DNA of 64,000 bases from Micavibrio sp. (GCA_020718085.1 DYDB01000001.1:218891-282890); one strand, 5' to 3'; shown: positions 40,459-51,411, counted from the first letter of the stretch. Numbers and translations are program-made. Notes: generated from the sequence alone by a model not told the origin.

Positions 40459-43400
40459 ATGACCTCCAAAAATAGCATTATCGACAATCATAGTCATAAT
40501 AACCTCTATCGAGCCATATCCGACGCAATAGGGTCTGACACAATAGGCATAGATATTGAGGTCGGATATTTTTATCTCTGTGGTTTTGAACTTTTGTCAA
40601 AAAAACTCAGTAAAATCAAAGTGCGATTATTAGTTGGTTCTTATATTGACCCAGAAGCTATGCCAACTTTGATAATGGAGTCGATGAAAAAATCAACGAT
40701 AAATCTTGATCCTTTTCAGCCTAGAAGCATTCCGTCATCAAAACAAGAAAGAGTCCGAGCTTTTAGCGAAGGCATTAAAAAACTTGCAAACCAAACGTCA
40801 ATATTTGACGCGCCGGAAGCACAGGAATCATACTCAATTCTCGAAAAAAAACTCGAGGATGGCTCCCTTGAAATTAAAATGACCGAAACACAAGCACATG
40901 GAAAATATTATGTGATCCATAATAAAAATGTAGGCAAAGTCTTTATGGGCTCGAGCAATTTTACGTATAATGGCCTAATTGGACAACAGGAAATAAACGA
41001 ATCTTTTGATTCAGAAGAAAAATATATAGAATATTCAAATAAATTTTCTGATCGATGGTCTGATGCTCGCAATATTGTCATTCAAGAAAAAGGAAAATCA
41101 GACATGTTTTTGAGAAAATTTAAAGATGAGCTGTGGATGAATGTGGTGCCGACCCCGTATCTTATGTATATTCGACTTCTTAATGAAATATTTGGTGCCG
41201 AATATGAAATTGATGTAACTAGCGCCTCGCAGGCAACACGAGGACAATATTTAAATCTTTCATATCAGATGGACGCGGTGAAGATGGCACTTGAAAGATT
41301 AAAAAATTATGATGGTGCTATTATTGCAGATGTTGTTGGTTTAGGGAAAAGTGTTATAGCTACTACTATTGCTGTAAACTGTCCTGACTTAAAAACGATC
41401 ATTATTGCTCCGCCACATTTAGTTCCGATGTGGGAGGATTATGTTGAAGAATTTAAACTTCGAGGACCAAAGGTTTTTAGTTCTGGGAAAATTGATGATG
41501 TTTATAATAAATACAAAAATTCTACAGAGCCTATATTATTTATCTTTGATGAAGCCCATAGATATAGAAATGAGGACACACAAGACTATCAGTCACTTCA
41601 TCAATTGACTCGCAGCAATAGTGAAAATAAGGTTCTAATATTATCCGCAACACCTTTTAATAATGATCCGAGTGATATCTTTGCGTTGATTAAACTTTTT
41701 CAAACCCCTGGTGCAGCTACACTCCGAACAGTGGAAAATTTATCAGCAAAGTTTGCAGATCTTGCAAATAGATACAAAATGCTGCGACGATTTCAAGCAA
41801 AGGGAGCCGTAACCGCAGATCAACGTAAAGAATTGGATATCAAGCGCGACGACATTGCTTCTGAACTTCGACGATTGCTCGAACCTATTATAATTAGACG
41901 TTCAAGGATAGATCTTGAAAAAATTACTCGATACCGAGAGGATTTAAAAGCTCAAGAAATTGAATTTTCAAAGATGAACGATCCAATTATCCGGGAGTAT
42001 GAGTTAGGTGAATTTACCAGCATATATCTGGATACTATAGAGCGAATTGTGCCAAATTCTAAAATCGCGGGTGGTTTAACTGGTGCGCGATATATGCCAA
42101 CGACCTACGCATTAGATATTGTTGAATTTGCTGAGAAGTATCCAGAATTGGAGGATATCAGAACTGCTCAAATGAACGTGGCTTCTTTTATGCGCAAACT
42201 TTTGGTAATGCGCTTTGAAAGTTCAAGAGCGGCGTTCAAAAGCACTCTGCAAAAATTTATCGATTCACATCAAAAAATTCTTGATTGGGTAGAAAAGAAA
42301 CAATTAGTACCGATTTCCAAGAAAGCCTACATTCCCTCTCCAGATGAGATGCCGGAAGAGGATACCGAAGAAATCAATTTGGAAGAACATGCTGAATTTG
42401 CAAACACTGAAGTTAAAAATAGTAAAAAGATTGTTTTCGTCAAACTTGAAGATCTGAATGAAAATTTTGTACCTGAGCTTAAGCGCGATATCAGTGTACT
42501 AAGAGATATTTACGAAAAATGGTTTGGTTCGCGATCGCCATTTTTATCGATGCCAGACCCAAAATTAAAACAACTCACGCTAGATATTCAAGAACATCTA
42601 GAAAATGATCCCCATCGAAAAATAATTATTTTTAGCATGTATGCTGATACTGTTGTTTATGTGGGAGAATCTCTGCAAAAGTCTGGAATTTCAACATTAG
42701 TTTATACTGCCCAGAATAGCAGAAATGATCGCAAAATAGTGAGAGAGAATTTTGACGCCGGTATCCCGGACAATAAACAATCTGATGATTTTAGAGTTCT
42801 TGTTGCAACTGATGCTTTGAGCGAGGGCGTAAATCTAAATAGAGCAGGACGAATTATTAATTATGATATTCCATATAACCCAACCAGAGTCATACAGCGA
42901 GTGGGCAGAATAAACCGCATAGATAAAAAAATGTTTAATGAGCTTTTTATTGATAATTATTTTCCTACCGAACACGGCGAGAAGGAAACAAATATTAGAG
43001 GGGTATCAACATTAAAGATGCAGATATTTAATTCCGTGGTAGGAAATGACTCGCGCACTCTCACGAAAGATGAAACCCCAGAATCATTTTTTATCGATGA
43101 ATTTAGAAAAGCAACGACTGAAGAAGAGAGTTGGGACACTACTCATAGAGAAGCATATGAGCAAGCAAAGAAAAATATTGAAGTAATTGAGCTTGCAAAA
43201 AAAATACCGATGCGAGCGCGAATTATTAGAAAAAATAAACAAGTTCAATTGGGAGTTGGCGTTGGTATTCGCGGCGAAAATAAAATTTATGCTCTTGAAA
43301 ATAGTGGACAGGCTGAGTTGGTTGATGCAGAAAAAGTATTAAATCATTTTGCGGCGAAGCAAGATGAAATTGGCGAGAAAGCCGATGATCAGTTTGGTGT

Positions 43401-43746
43401 TGTATTTGATGCAATTAAAGAAAAATTATTTGAAAAACCGCCGATGGGAAGAATGTCAAAAAACCGAACTGATGTTGTAAATATATTACGAAGCGTTCAA
43501 GAATCTCAGTATCAGAATTATTGTGATGATTTATTGCAAGTTGTGAGTGATCTTGACGATCTTTCAGAAGGTCAACTCAAGGCAATAATAAGGCTCGCAA
43601 AAAATACAGACGTATCTGATGATAAATTGCTGGAAGGCATTATTGAAATAGCGCCAGAACAGCAGATAAGAGTTAGTTTAGAAAGACAAAGCAATGAAAC
43701 AAAATCAGCAAATCTTCTATTATTCACTCAAGAGCACCGAGTATGA
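40459..43746 (+). CDS. PLD-domain plus SF2 (SNF2-like) helicase
   Basis: HGK..GSSN PLD motif, DVVGLGKS, DEAH, SATP, EGVNL, QRVGRINR. Confidence 0.9.
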   Translation: MTSKNSIIDNHSHNNLYRAISDAIGSDTIGIDIEVGYFYLCGFELLSKKLSKIKVRLLVGSYIDPEAMPTLIMESMKKSTINLDPFQPRSIPSSKQERVRAFSEGIKKLANQTSIFDAPEAQESYSILEKKLEDGSLEIKMTETQAHGKYYVIHNKNVGKVFMGSSNFTYNGLIGQQEINESFDSEEKYIEYSNKFSDRWSDARNIVIQEKGKSDMFLRKFKDELWMNVVPTPYLMYIRLLNEIFGAEYEIDVTSASQATRGQYLNLSYQMDAVKMALERLKNYDGAIIADVVGLGKSVIATTIAVNCPDLKTIIIAPPHLVPMWEDYVEEFKLRGPKVFSSGKIDDVYNKYKNSTEPILFIFDEAHRYRNEDTQDYQSLHQLTRSNSENKVLILSATPFNNDPSDIFALIKLFQTPGAATLRTVENLSAKFADLANRYKMLRRFQAKGAVTADQRKELDIKRDDIASELRRLLEPIIIRRSRIDLEKITRYREDLKAQEIEFSKMNDPIIREYELGEFTSIYLDTIERIVPNSKIAGGLTGARYMPTTYALDIVEFAEKYPELEDIRTAQMNVASFMRKLLVMRFESSRAAFKSTLQKFIDSHQKILDWVEKKQLVPISKKAYIPSPDEMPEEDTEEINLEEHAEFANTEVKNSKKIVFVKLEDLNENFVPELKRDISVLRDIYEKWFGSRSPFLSMPDPKLKQLTLDIQEHLENDPHRKIIIFSMYADTVVYVGESLQKSGISTLVYTAQNSRNDRKIVRENFDAGIPDNKQSDDFRVLVATDALSEGVNLNRAGRIINYDIPYNPTRVIQRVGRINRIDKKMFNELFIDNYFPTEHGEKETNIRGVSTLKMQIFNSVVGNDSRTLTKDETPESFFIDEFRKATTEEESWDTTHREAYEQAKKNIEVIELAKKIPMRARIIRKNKQVQLGVGVGIRGENKIYALENSGQAELVDAEKVLNHFAAKQDEIGEKADDQFGVVFDAIKEKLFEKPPMGRMSKNRTDVVNILRSVQESQYQNYCDDLLQVVSDLDDLSEGQLKAIIRLAKNTDVSDDKLLEGIIEIAPEQQIRVSLERQSNETKSANLLLFTQEHRV

Positions 43747-46700
43747 AAAATCCTATTTTTGAAAATAAATTCAACGAAGAGGCTTTTAATGACTTTATTC
43801 ATGGCATTATTCCAAATCTTTCCTTGGGAAAAAAACGAGCCGAGGTTCGCACTGGCTTCAAATCAATTCAACAAATCGCTGAAGCCGGCGGAAATACACT
43901 AGATTTAGTCGTTTTTGTTGCAAAAATTGAATCATCACTTCATGCTCGTGTCGAAATTACAAAAAATACATACTCGATACTAAAAAGTCATGCCCGGTCT
44001 AATGCTTTAGTTGCCTATATTTCAGATGATTCTTCAGAATGGCGCCTCTCTCTTATTACGACAAAAGTTACGAGGACAAAAGACGGGATAAGGGAATCAA
44101 TATCAAATCCTCGCAGATTTTCATATGTCTTAGGGCCAGATGCAAAAGTGGCAACCCCTTCAAAAATGCTCCAAGGACATGTTGATTCAATTATTGATCT
44201 GGAAAATAAGTTTTCTTTGGCAGTGGTTAGCAAGGAATTTTTTACTCAAATAGCAACACAATATTCTAAACTTGTTGGAGGTACGAGGGGTGCAGGCAAA
44301 AAGGCAATAGTTTTCAAAAGAACGCTTAAGCTTGGGGATGAAAATGATGCCGTCAATGCAAATTTTGCCATTCGACTTATTGGTCGATTAGTTTTTTGTT
44401 GGTTTTTGAAACAAAAGAAAGGACATGCGGACAATCCGCTTATACCGTCTGAGATTCTATCTGTTTCCGCAGTAAAAACAATTAGTGATTATTATCATTC
44501 AGTTTGTGTGCCACTTTTTTTTGAAGTGTTAAATAAACCACAATCATCTAGACCGACATTTTATTCTCATGCTGAATTATTTGATAAAGTTCCTTTCTTG
44601 AATGGTGGTTTGTTCCAAGACCATGTCGAAGATAATCACAAATTCAATCGTGCCACCGGGATGAGTGAACGTCGCGGTGTGGTAGATGTGCCGGATGTTT
44701 GGTTTTCTGAATTATTTCAAATTTTTGAGGAGTATAACTTTACTATAGACGAAAACACTTCAATTGATACCGAGCTTTCAATCGATCCGGAAATGTTAGG
44801 ACGAATTTTTGAAAATTTATTGGCAGAGGTAAACCCGGAGACGGGCGCAAGCGCTCGCAAATCAACTGGCAGTTTCTACACACCTAGAGAGATTGTGGAT
44901 TTTATGGTGGAAGAATCACTCATCGCTCACCTAAAAACACAAATTAATATATCCGAAGATAAGTTACGTGCTCTTTCATCTTACGATTTGGACGATGATG
45001 TATCACAACCAATAGACCCGCAAGAACGAAAACTTATAGTTGAAGCAATTCATAATACCACAGTTTTAGATCCGGCCTGTGGCTCGGGCGCATTCCCAAT
45101 AGGAGTTCTCCAGAGATTGGTTCATATGCTCGGTGTTCTTGACCCGGAATGTTCAATTTATTTAAGCAAGATTCCGCCCGAAGTTCGCAGGGAATTACAA
45201 AAACATAGCCTTACTTATGTGCGGAAACTTGGAGTAATTAGAGAGTGTATTCACGGAGTAGATATTCAGCCCATCGCTATAGATATTTCGCGTCTGCGAT
45301 GTTTTCTGACGCTTGTAGTAGATCAGCAAGTTGATGACAGCGCTCCAAACAGAGGCATTGAACCATTGCCAAACCTTGATTTTAAGTTTGTTTGCGCCAA
45401 CACTCTTGTTAAACCACCAGTTCATGAAGGTCCGCTATTTGGTGATGAGTTTGCGACTGCTTTAGGCGAGCTTATTGATGAATATTTTGCGCCGGTTGAC
45501 CAGTTGCACAAACTGGAGACGGCGCGAAAATTGCAGCAATTGATTAGTGATAAAACAAAAAAAGAGTTAGAAAATATTTTGAAGTCATATAGTTACATAA
45601 AAGATGAAAAATACAAAAAAGCACTGGCTCAGAAAAATGAAAAATCAGACGCTGAAAGAATGCGCATAAATAATTTGTGGGGAAGTTATGAAAATATTTT
45701 TCAAAATAAACCAGTTGGCTTTTTTGATACCAGATATTTTTTCCCCACAGTATTTCGCAATGGTGGATTTGATATTGTGATTGGAAATCCACCTTATGTT
45801 GGAGAAAAAGGACATAAAGAGATGTTTAGGGAAATTAAATATTCACCACTGGGAAAGAGATTTTATCAAGGAAAGATGGATTTTTTCTATTTTTTCTTTC
45901 ATGTAGCTTTGGATAATTTACAGGATGATGGGGTGCTGGCGTATATAACCACTAATTATTACTTAACAGCATTGGGTGCGCGGAAACTTCGGGAAGATTT
46001 TAAAAACCGTACTATTATCAAAAAACTTGTTAATTTTAACGAGCTTAAAATTTTTAAATCGGCTGCGGGTCAACATAACATGGTTACAATTTTAACTAAA
46101 AGACAAAACAACGGAACATTAGTTAAAACATGTATAACGAAAAATACAGGCGATACAACTCCTGCTGTACTAGAAAGTATTATTGGTTGGAAAGACAATA
46201 ATACAGACTACTATGAAGTTGCTCAAAAAGATTTATATGATGGGGAAGAGAATTATTTGCGTCTAGCTGGAACAAATAGTGAGCGTAATCCTCTACAGTT
46301 CTTATTGAATAAGATAAAAGAGAAGGGTGAATTATTAGAGAATATTTGCAATATTAATACTGGAATAATGGGAGGCTGCGATTATATAAATAAAAGTAAT
46401 ATTGAATATTGCACACAAAGAGAAAGGTTACAAAAAGATATTCAGGTAGGAGATGGTGTTTTTGTTCTTGATATAAAAAATGATCGAGATAAAAAAGTAT
46501 TTGATATTATTCAAAACAATAAATCTCTAGTGAAATTTTTTAAAAATTCAGATATTGTTAAGTATCATACAAGCTATTCAACAACAAAATATATCATTTT
46601 CTCATCTAGAGAAAATGATGCAGTAAAAGATAGCAATGTAATGAAGCATCTGGATAAATTCAAACAAGTTCTTATAAAAATTCGTGAAATAAATAATGAG

Positions 46701-47201
46701 AAAACTTCAGATTACCCATTTCTTAGACGAGGAACTTCTCATCAGGAAATATTTGTATCGCCTAAAATAGTTACTCCATATCGATGTTCTGTAAACTTGT
46801 TCGCATATAATGATATTCCTTGGTATGCGAGAACTGATGTGTATTATTTATCTGAAAAAGACAAGAGAATATCTCTTAAATATATACTCGGCTTGTTAAA
46901 TTCAAAACTTTATTATTTATGGCTCTATCATCGTGGAAAAAGAAAAGGAGAGCTTTTAGAAATATTACAAAAACCTTTATCTGAAATTCCAATTAAAAAA
47001 ATACCAGAGCTAGAACAAAAACCCTTCATCGAAATTGTTGATAAAATTTTGACAATTACCAAATCCAGCGATTATTTAGAAAATCCAGCAAAAAAAGCAG
47101 AAGTCGAAAAGTACGAAGAGGATATTGATAAGCTTGTTTATAAGCTCTATGACCTTACGTATGAAGAAATTGAAATTGTGAAAAAATCAATTAAAAAATA
47201 A
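43743..47201 (+). CDS. Large N6-adenine DNA methyltransferase with a target-recognition domain (Eco57I/Type IIG-like)
   Basis: GSFYTP, LDPACGSGAF, IGNPPY; overlaps the helicase stop codon. Confidence 0.9.
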   Translation: MKNPIFENKFNEEAFNDFIHGIIPNLSLGKKRAEVRTGFKSIQQIAEAGGNTLDLVVFVAKIESSLHARVEITKNTYSILKSHARSNALVAYISDDSSEWRLSLITTKVTRTKDGIRESISNPRRFSYVLGPDAKVATPSKMLQGHVDSIIDLENKFSLAVVSKEFFTQIATQYSKLVGGTRGAGKKAIVFKRTLKLGDENDAVNANFAIRLIGRLVFCWFLKQKKGHADNPLIPSEILSVSAVKTISDYYHSVCVPLFFEVLNKPQSSRPTFYSHAELFDKVPFLNGGLFQDHVEDNHKFNRATGMSERRGVVDVPDVWFSELFQIFEEYNFTIDENTSIDTELSIDPEMLGRIFENLLAEVNPETGASARKSTGSFYTPREIVDFMVEESLIAHLKTQINISEDKLRALSSYDLDDDVSQPIDPQERKLIVEAIHNTTVLDPACGSGAFPIGVLQRLVHMLGVLDPECSIYLSKIPPEVRRELQKHSLTYVRKLGVIRECIHGVDIQPIAIDISRLRCFLTLVVDQQVDDSAPNRGIEPLPNLDFKFVCANTLVKPPVHEGPLFGDEFATALGELIDEYFAPVDQLHKLETARKLQQLISDKTKKELENILKSYSYIKDEKYKKALAQKNEKSDAERMRINNLWGSYENIFQNKPVGFFDTRYFFPTVFRNGGFDIVIGNPPYVGEKGHKEMFREIKYSPLGKRFYQGKMDFFYFFFHVALDNLQDDGVLAYITTNYYLTALGARKLREDFKNRTIIKKLVNFNELKIFKSAAGQHNMVTILTKRQNNGTLVKTCITKNTGDTTPAVLESIIGWKDNNTDYYEVAQKDLYDGEENYLRLAGTNSERNPLQFLLNKIKEKGELLENICNINTGIMGGCDYINKSNIEYCTQRERLQKDIQVGDGVFVLDIKNDRDKKVFDIIQNNKSLVKFFKNSDIVKYHTSYSTTKYIIFSSRENDAVKDSNVMKHLDKFKQVLIKIREINNEKTSDYPFLRRGTSHQEIFVSPKIVTPYRCSVNLFAYNDIPWYARTDVYYLSEKDKRISLKYILGLLNSKLYYLWLYHRGKRKGELLEILQKPLSEIPIKKIPELEQKPFIEIVDKILTITKSSDYLENPAKKAEVEKYEEDIDKLVYKLYDLTYEEIEIVKKSIKK

Positions 47202-47278
47202 TTATATTAACGCTGGTTTTTCATATCTCAAATATTATTAGTAGACTTGGGGGAATAACATAATTAATAATTAAAAAG

Positions 47279-47680
47279 ATGAATTACAATAATTTTTATC
47301 AACCAAAGAAACGCGTATTTATTAGCTTTGATTTTGACAACGATCAATTTCTCAGGGATTCTCTTATTGGTCAATGTAAAAACAATGGCACGCCGTTTGA
47401 TATGGAGGATTGGTCAGTGAAAGAGCCATGGAGCCAATGTGATTGGAAAGAAAAATGTTTGTCTAAAATCAAGAGATGTAATTTAGTTATTGTTATGGTG
47501 GGAGAGAAAACACATACTTGTAGCGGAGTGTTAGCTGAAATAGCAATGGCGAAAGAAGCTCGTGTTCCAGTTGTTGGATTAAAAGGCTATTCTAATAAAA
47601 ATTGCCCCAGACCGGAAGGATTGGATGGTTACTATAATTGGGCATGGGAAAATGTAAAAAAACTAGTTAATAGATATTAG
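47279..47680 (+). CDS. TIR-like domain protein (ThsB/DUF1863 type)
   Basis: RVFISFDFD, VIVMVG, EIAMA (catalytic Glu position). Confidence 0.85.
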   Translation: MNYNNFYQPKKRVFISFDFDNDQFLRDSLIGQCKNNGTPFDMEDWSVKEPWSQCDWKEKCLSKIKRCNLVIVMVGEKTHTCSGVLAEIAMAKEARVPVVGLKGYSNKNCPRPEGLDGYYNWAWENVKKLVNRY

Positions 47681-47685
47681 ATAAT

Positions 47686-48168
47686 ATGGATAAAAAGCTT
47701 CTTAATAGGTCTGTGCAAGAATACGGTGAGAATTATTATGCTCATTATTTCGAACAATACAAAATGTATATTGAAAGCACCGAAAGAATTAGCGATAGAA
47801 GGCAGAATGCAAATAATTTCTTTTTAACTATTAATACCGTTCTTATATCCGCATTTGGATTGTCTTTTCAACTTAAAGTACTAGAAAATCTTAATTGGAT
47901 AAAAATGATTTTAGCATTACTCGGGCTTGTTATTTGTGTGATATTTTGGTTTCTGCTTAGGGCTTATAAGCAGTTAAATTCTGGCAAATTTAAAGTTATT
48001 CACGAAATAGAACAAAATTTGCCATTAGGATTATATGATTATGAATGGGAGCTTCTTGAAAAAGGAAAAAATAAAAAAATTTATTATCCATTTTCTCATA
48101 TCGAATTGTTAATACCGTGGGTATTTGGTTTATTCTATTTTGTTTTAGGAGTTATTTTTATAGTATAA
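47686..48168 (+). CDS. Small 3-TM membrane protein; candidate defence effector
   Basis: EQYK..ERISDRRQNANNFFL, TM hairpin, YKQLNSGKF..IHEIE. Confidence 0.8.
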   Translation: MDKKLLNRSVQEYGENYYAHYFEQYKMYIESTERISDRRQNANNFFLTINTVLISAFGLSFQLKVLENLNWIKMILALLGLVICVIFWFLLRAYKQLNSGKFKVIHEIEQNLPLGLYDYEWELLEKGKNKKIYYPFSHIELLIPWVFGLFYFVLGVIFIV

Positions 48169-48227
48169 AGGTTTCGCCTAAATGAATAATGCTGTTCATT
48201 TATTAATTACTTACATAATTTTAAAAT

Positions 48228-49652
48228 ATGGCAAAAAAAGAAGCTACAAACGAGCTGGTAAATTACGATAGGCAAATGGCTCAACATCAAGAGCAATTTT
48301 TGACTTTGCTTGGTAGCAAGGGTTTGCCAACAGAGAATATATTTGTTCCAATCAAAGAAAGATCCACTGTTTTTTCAAATGCTAATTCTTTGTTAGATAA
48401 TATTGATGATACAAGAAGATTTGAAGCAGTTTACGTTTCTAAATTTTTTGCTGCAGTTGCCGTTGGTTTATTTGATGCTGCATTGAATTATCTTTGGGAT
48501 GAGACGGTCGTTCATTTACGAAAAAGAGTTGAAACATATGATCTTGAATATTTTTATGACATAGCAACTTCAGCTGACAAAAGAAAAGAGCTCAAAACCA
48601 TAGATGATATTTCTAAGCTTACAGATGATGAACTGTTGAGAGGATCACTTACAATTGAGCTTATATCTGAGGTTGGATTTAGGAATATGGATCTTGTAAG
48701 GCATATGAGAAATAATGCTAGTGCAGCACATCCAAACCAAATGAATATTACGGGCCTCAAGTTAATTTCGATGGCAGAAGATTGTCTGAGGGAAGTTATC
48801 TCAACACCAATTCCGCCTGCAGCTATAGCTGTCCAGAAGCTACTTGAGAACATAAAAACTACCACAATGAAAACTGGCGATGCACAAGACGTGTCAGTGC
48901 ATTTTTCTAGTATGGGGCCAGTTCGAACACAAAGATTGGTCGAAGGGTTATTTGGAATTTTTTATAAAAGAGAAACAACTGAGGCCGTAAGACAAAATAT
49001 TAGACTACTCGCACCAATGCTTTGGCCTTACGTGGATGAACCTACTAGAAAGAATTTAGGCCTAAAGCATGCATATTTTAGTGCAAATAATCATATTGTA
49101 GAAAAGAATTTTTCCAAAGAGTTCTTGGCTGTTGTTGATGGTCTTCAATATATAACTGATCAGCATAGAGCAATAGAAGTTTCTACAGTTCTTGAGGAGC
49201 TAAAAAATGCGCATTATGGTTTAAATAATTTTTATAATGAAGTGTTGCCTGCACGGAGACTTAAATCAATAATTGGAGATGTGCCCAGTGTTCCCATGGG
49301 GATTCAAAATAAGTATATAGAAACCTTAATTGATGTATTTCTGACGAATGGATATGGCGAAGCGCGATCTGCAAATGACATATATTTCGAATTAATAAAT
49401 GGCTTTACCCCAAAACAAGCCGTTTATGCGATAACCTTAATATTTGATGAGGGAATTTCGAGTAAATTAAGAATTAAATTGTGTGCAGAAAAATATTACG
49501 AAATGATTAAAATTGTTGAACCAAAAATATCTACACATGCTGCCAAGCAGTTAATCGAACAGATAAAATTAAAAAAAACACAGGCAGGAGATATTAGGTC
49601 TGATGAAAAATTAAAGCAAGTCGTAAAATTAGCGCTAGAGGAAATTAGATGA
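48228..49652 (+). CDS. Hypothetical protein with a HEPN-like Rx6H motif
   Basis: AALNYLWDE...RNNASAAH; lies in the defence island. Confidence 0.7.
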   Translation: MAKKEATNELVNYDRQMAQHQEQFLTLLGSKGLPTENIFVPIKERSTVFSNANSLLDNIDDTRRFEAVYVSKFFAAVAVGLFDAALNYLWDETVVHLRKRVETYDLEYFYDIATSADKRKELKTIDDISKLTDDELLRGSLTIELISEVGFRNMDLVRHMRNNASAAHPNQMNITGLKLISMAEDCLREVISTPIPPAAIAVQKLLENIKTTTMKTGDAQDVSVHFSSMGPVRTQRLVEGLFGIFYKRETTEAVRQNIRLLAPMLWPYVDEPTRKNLGLKHAYFSANNHIVEKNFSKEFLAVVDGLQYITDQHRAIEVSTVLEELKNAHYGLNNFYNEVLPARRLKSIIGDVPSVPMGIQNKYIETLIDVFLTNGYGEARSANDIYFELINGFTPKQAVYAITLIFDEGISSKLRIKLCAEKYYEMIKIVEPKISTHAAKQLIEQIKLKKTQAGDIRSDEKLKQVVKLALEEIR

Positions 49653-49692
49653 AAAATTATAATAATTTCATTAATATTTATAAACAAAAACT

Positions 49693-49726
49693 GTAACATA
49701 ATCCAACGGCCGTGGAATTATGTTAC
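49693..49726 (+). repeat. 34-bp palindromic site, copy 1
   Basis: GTAACATAATCCAACGGCCGTGGAATTATGTTAC. Confidence 0.95.
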
Positions 49727-49754
49727 TTTTAGAGAATAATTTAAAAACAAAATT

Positions 49755-50477
49755 ATGACGAAAAAAATATCGTTTAGTGATAAATTAATTGAGTTTTATC
49801 TGACTGTTTTTGTTGTTACTCTCATTTATCTTTATTTACATCACGAATATTTTGCAATGGGTGTTTTAGTCGTTACAATGCCTTGGCCAGTAGTTGCATA
49901 TATTTTATATAAAAAGAGAAAAAAGCGATCTTTTTTTGAAAGTAATAATTCACTGGAAAAAATTAGAGCGTTGACTCCGATGCAGTTTGAGGATTTTATC
50001 TGTCACTTGTTTGATAAATTGGGTTATGTGACGGAAAGGGTGGGTGGCTCGAGTGATGGTGGTATTGATGTGATTGCAACAAAAAATGGGGTGAAGCACT
50101 ATATTCAATGTAAAAAATTTATTACTAGTCAGGTAAGTGTTGGTGCGATGCGTGATTTTTATGGTGCTGTGACAGATAAACTTACAGATGCAAAATCATT
50201 TTTTATCACAACAAATATTTTCACGCTTGAAGCAGAACAGTTTGCTGAAGGGAAGTCGATAGAGTTAATTGATGGGAAAAAACTGATGGACTATGTAAAA
50301 CTGGCAGGTATCGATGCGCCAGCATCGGATCAGACAAGTTCCAGTGGTGATACTGCAGAAAAGTGTCCAAATTGTGGAAACGATTTGATTCTAAGAACTG
50401 CACGAAAAGGCACTCACGCCGGAAAAACTTTCCTCGGTTGCACAAACTACCCCCACTGCCGATTTGTCAAAAAGTAA
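49755..50477 (+). CDS. Membrane-anchored Mrr-like restriction endonuclease with a topoisomerase-type Zn ribbon
   Basis: FEDFI, DGGID, IQCKK; CPNCG..GCTNYPHC; stop codon lies inside repeat copy 2. Confidence 0.88.
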   Translation: MTKKISFSDKLIEFYLTVFVVTLIYLYLHHEYFAMGVLVVTMPWPVVAYILYKKRKKRSFFESNNSLEKIRALTPMQFEDFICHLFDKLGYVTERVGGSSDGGIDVIATKNGVKHYIQCKKFITSQVSVGAMRDFYGAVTDKLTDAKSFFITTNIFTLEAEQFAEGKSIELIDGKKLMDYVKLAGIDAPASDQTSSSGDTAEKCPNCGNDLILRTARKGTHAGKTFLGCTNYPHCRFVKK

Positions 50478-50507
50478 CATAATCCCACGGCCGTAGAATT
50501 ATGTTAC
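50474..50507 (+). repeat. 34-bp palindromic site, copy 2
   Basis: GTAACATAATCCCACGGCCGTAGAATTATGTTAC. Confidence 0.95.
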
Positions 50508-50537
50508 TTTTAGAGAATAATTTATAATATAAGAAAT

Positions 50538-50762
50538 ATGATAAAAAATAGCACTGCACTGATCAAACCAAACAAATATATCTCAATAGCGATTTCATTA
50601 TTATTTGCTGGTGTATTTCTCTATCTATGTGGAAGAGATGTTAAGATGATTCTGGACAGTCAGGTGACTCTTGAGCCGATAAAATATGTGGCTGCAGTAA
50701 TATGGGGCGCGGCTACAGTCGCAATGGTTGTACGGGCATTTAAGACGATCTTTGCCAAATAA
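50538..50762 (+). CDS. Small 2-TM protein
   Basis: 74-aa ORF with two hydrophobic segments. Confidence 0.65.
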   Translation: MIKNSTALIKPNKYISIAISLLFAGVFLYLCGRDVKMILDSQVTLEPIKYVAAVIWGAATVAMVVRAFKTIFAK

Positions 50763-50775
50763 TAACAAACCACAT

Positions 50776-51129
50776 ATGACTGATGCAGTACGAAAATATA
50801 TAGCTAAACAAGATCCCCAGAAAAAAGCGATATTGGAGAAATTACGCACATTGATCCAAAAGGCTGCACCGTTGGCGCAGGAGTGTATGAGCTATGGTGT
50901 ACCGGCTTTTAAAATTAATGGTGGCAATCTGGTCATGTACGCCGCATTCAAAAACCATATTGGCATCTATCCCGAGCCCGATACGATTCTGGCATTTACC
51001 AAAGAGCTTGCGGGATACAAAACCGCCAAAGGGTCGATCAAATTCATGTTGGATGAGCCGATCCCTTATCCTTTGATCAAAAAGATCATCACATATAAGT
51101 ACAAAAAACTCAAGGAAAATTCTAATTGA
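50776..51129 (+). CDS. DUF1801/YdhG-like protein
   Basis: MSYGVPAF, AAFKNHIGIYP, KGSIKF. Confidence 0.85.
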   Translation: MTDAVRKYIAKQDPQKKAILEKLRTLIQKAAPLAQECMSYGVPAFKINGGNLVMYAAFKNHIGIYPEPDTILAFTKELAGYKTAKGSIKFMLDEPIPYPLIKKIITYKYKKLKENSN

Positions 51130-51145
51130 GTAAAATGCAAAATAT

Positions 51146-51394
51146 ATGACAAAAATCGCCACTGGCGTTGTGCATAAAGTCCCAAAAGATCTAAAAGAAA
51201 TGTTGATAGGAAATCCAGACATTTTGACAATATGGAATAGTTTAACCCCGCTTGCACGCAATGAATGGATCTGTTTTCTCGTAAGTGTAAAGCAGGAAGA
51301 AACACGAAGAAAACATCTGACTCGAATACAAGAGGATCTTAGCAAAGGAAAGAAACGTCCCTGTTGCTGGGCCGGATGTCCACATAGAAAATAA
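51146..51394 (+). CDS. YdeI/OmpD-associated domain protein
   Basis: VPKDL, LTPLARNEWICF, KRPCCWAGC. Confidence 0.85.
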   Translation: MTKIATGVVHKVPKDLKEMLIGNPDILTIWNSLTPLARNEWICFLVSVKQEETRRKHLTRIQEDLSKGKKRPCCWAGCPHRK

Positions 51395-51411
51395 GTAAAA
51401 AACACTCAAAA

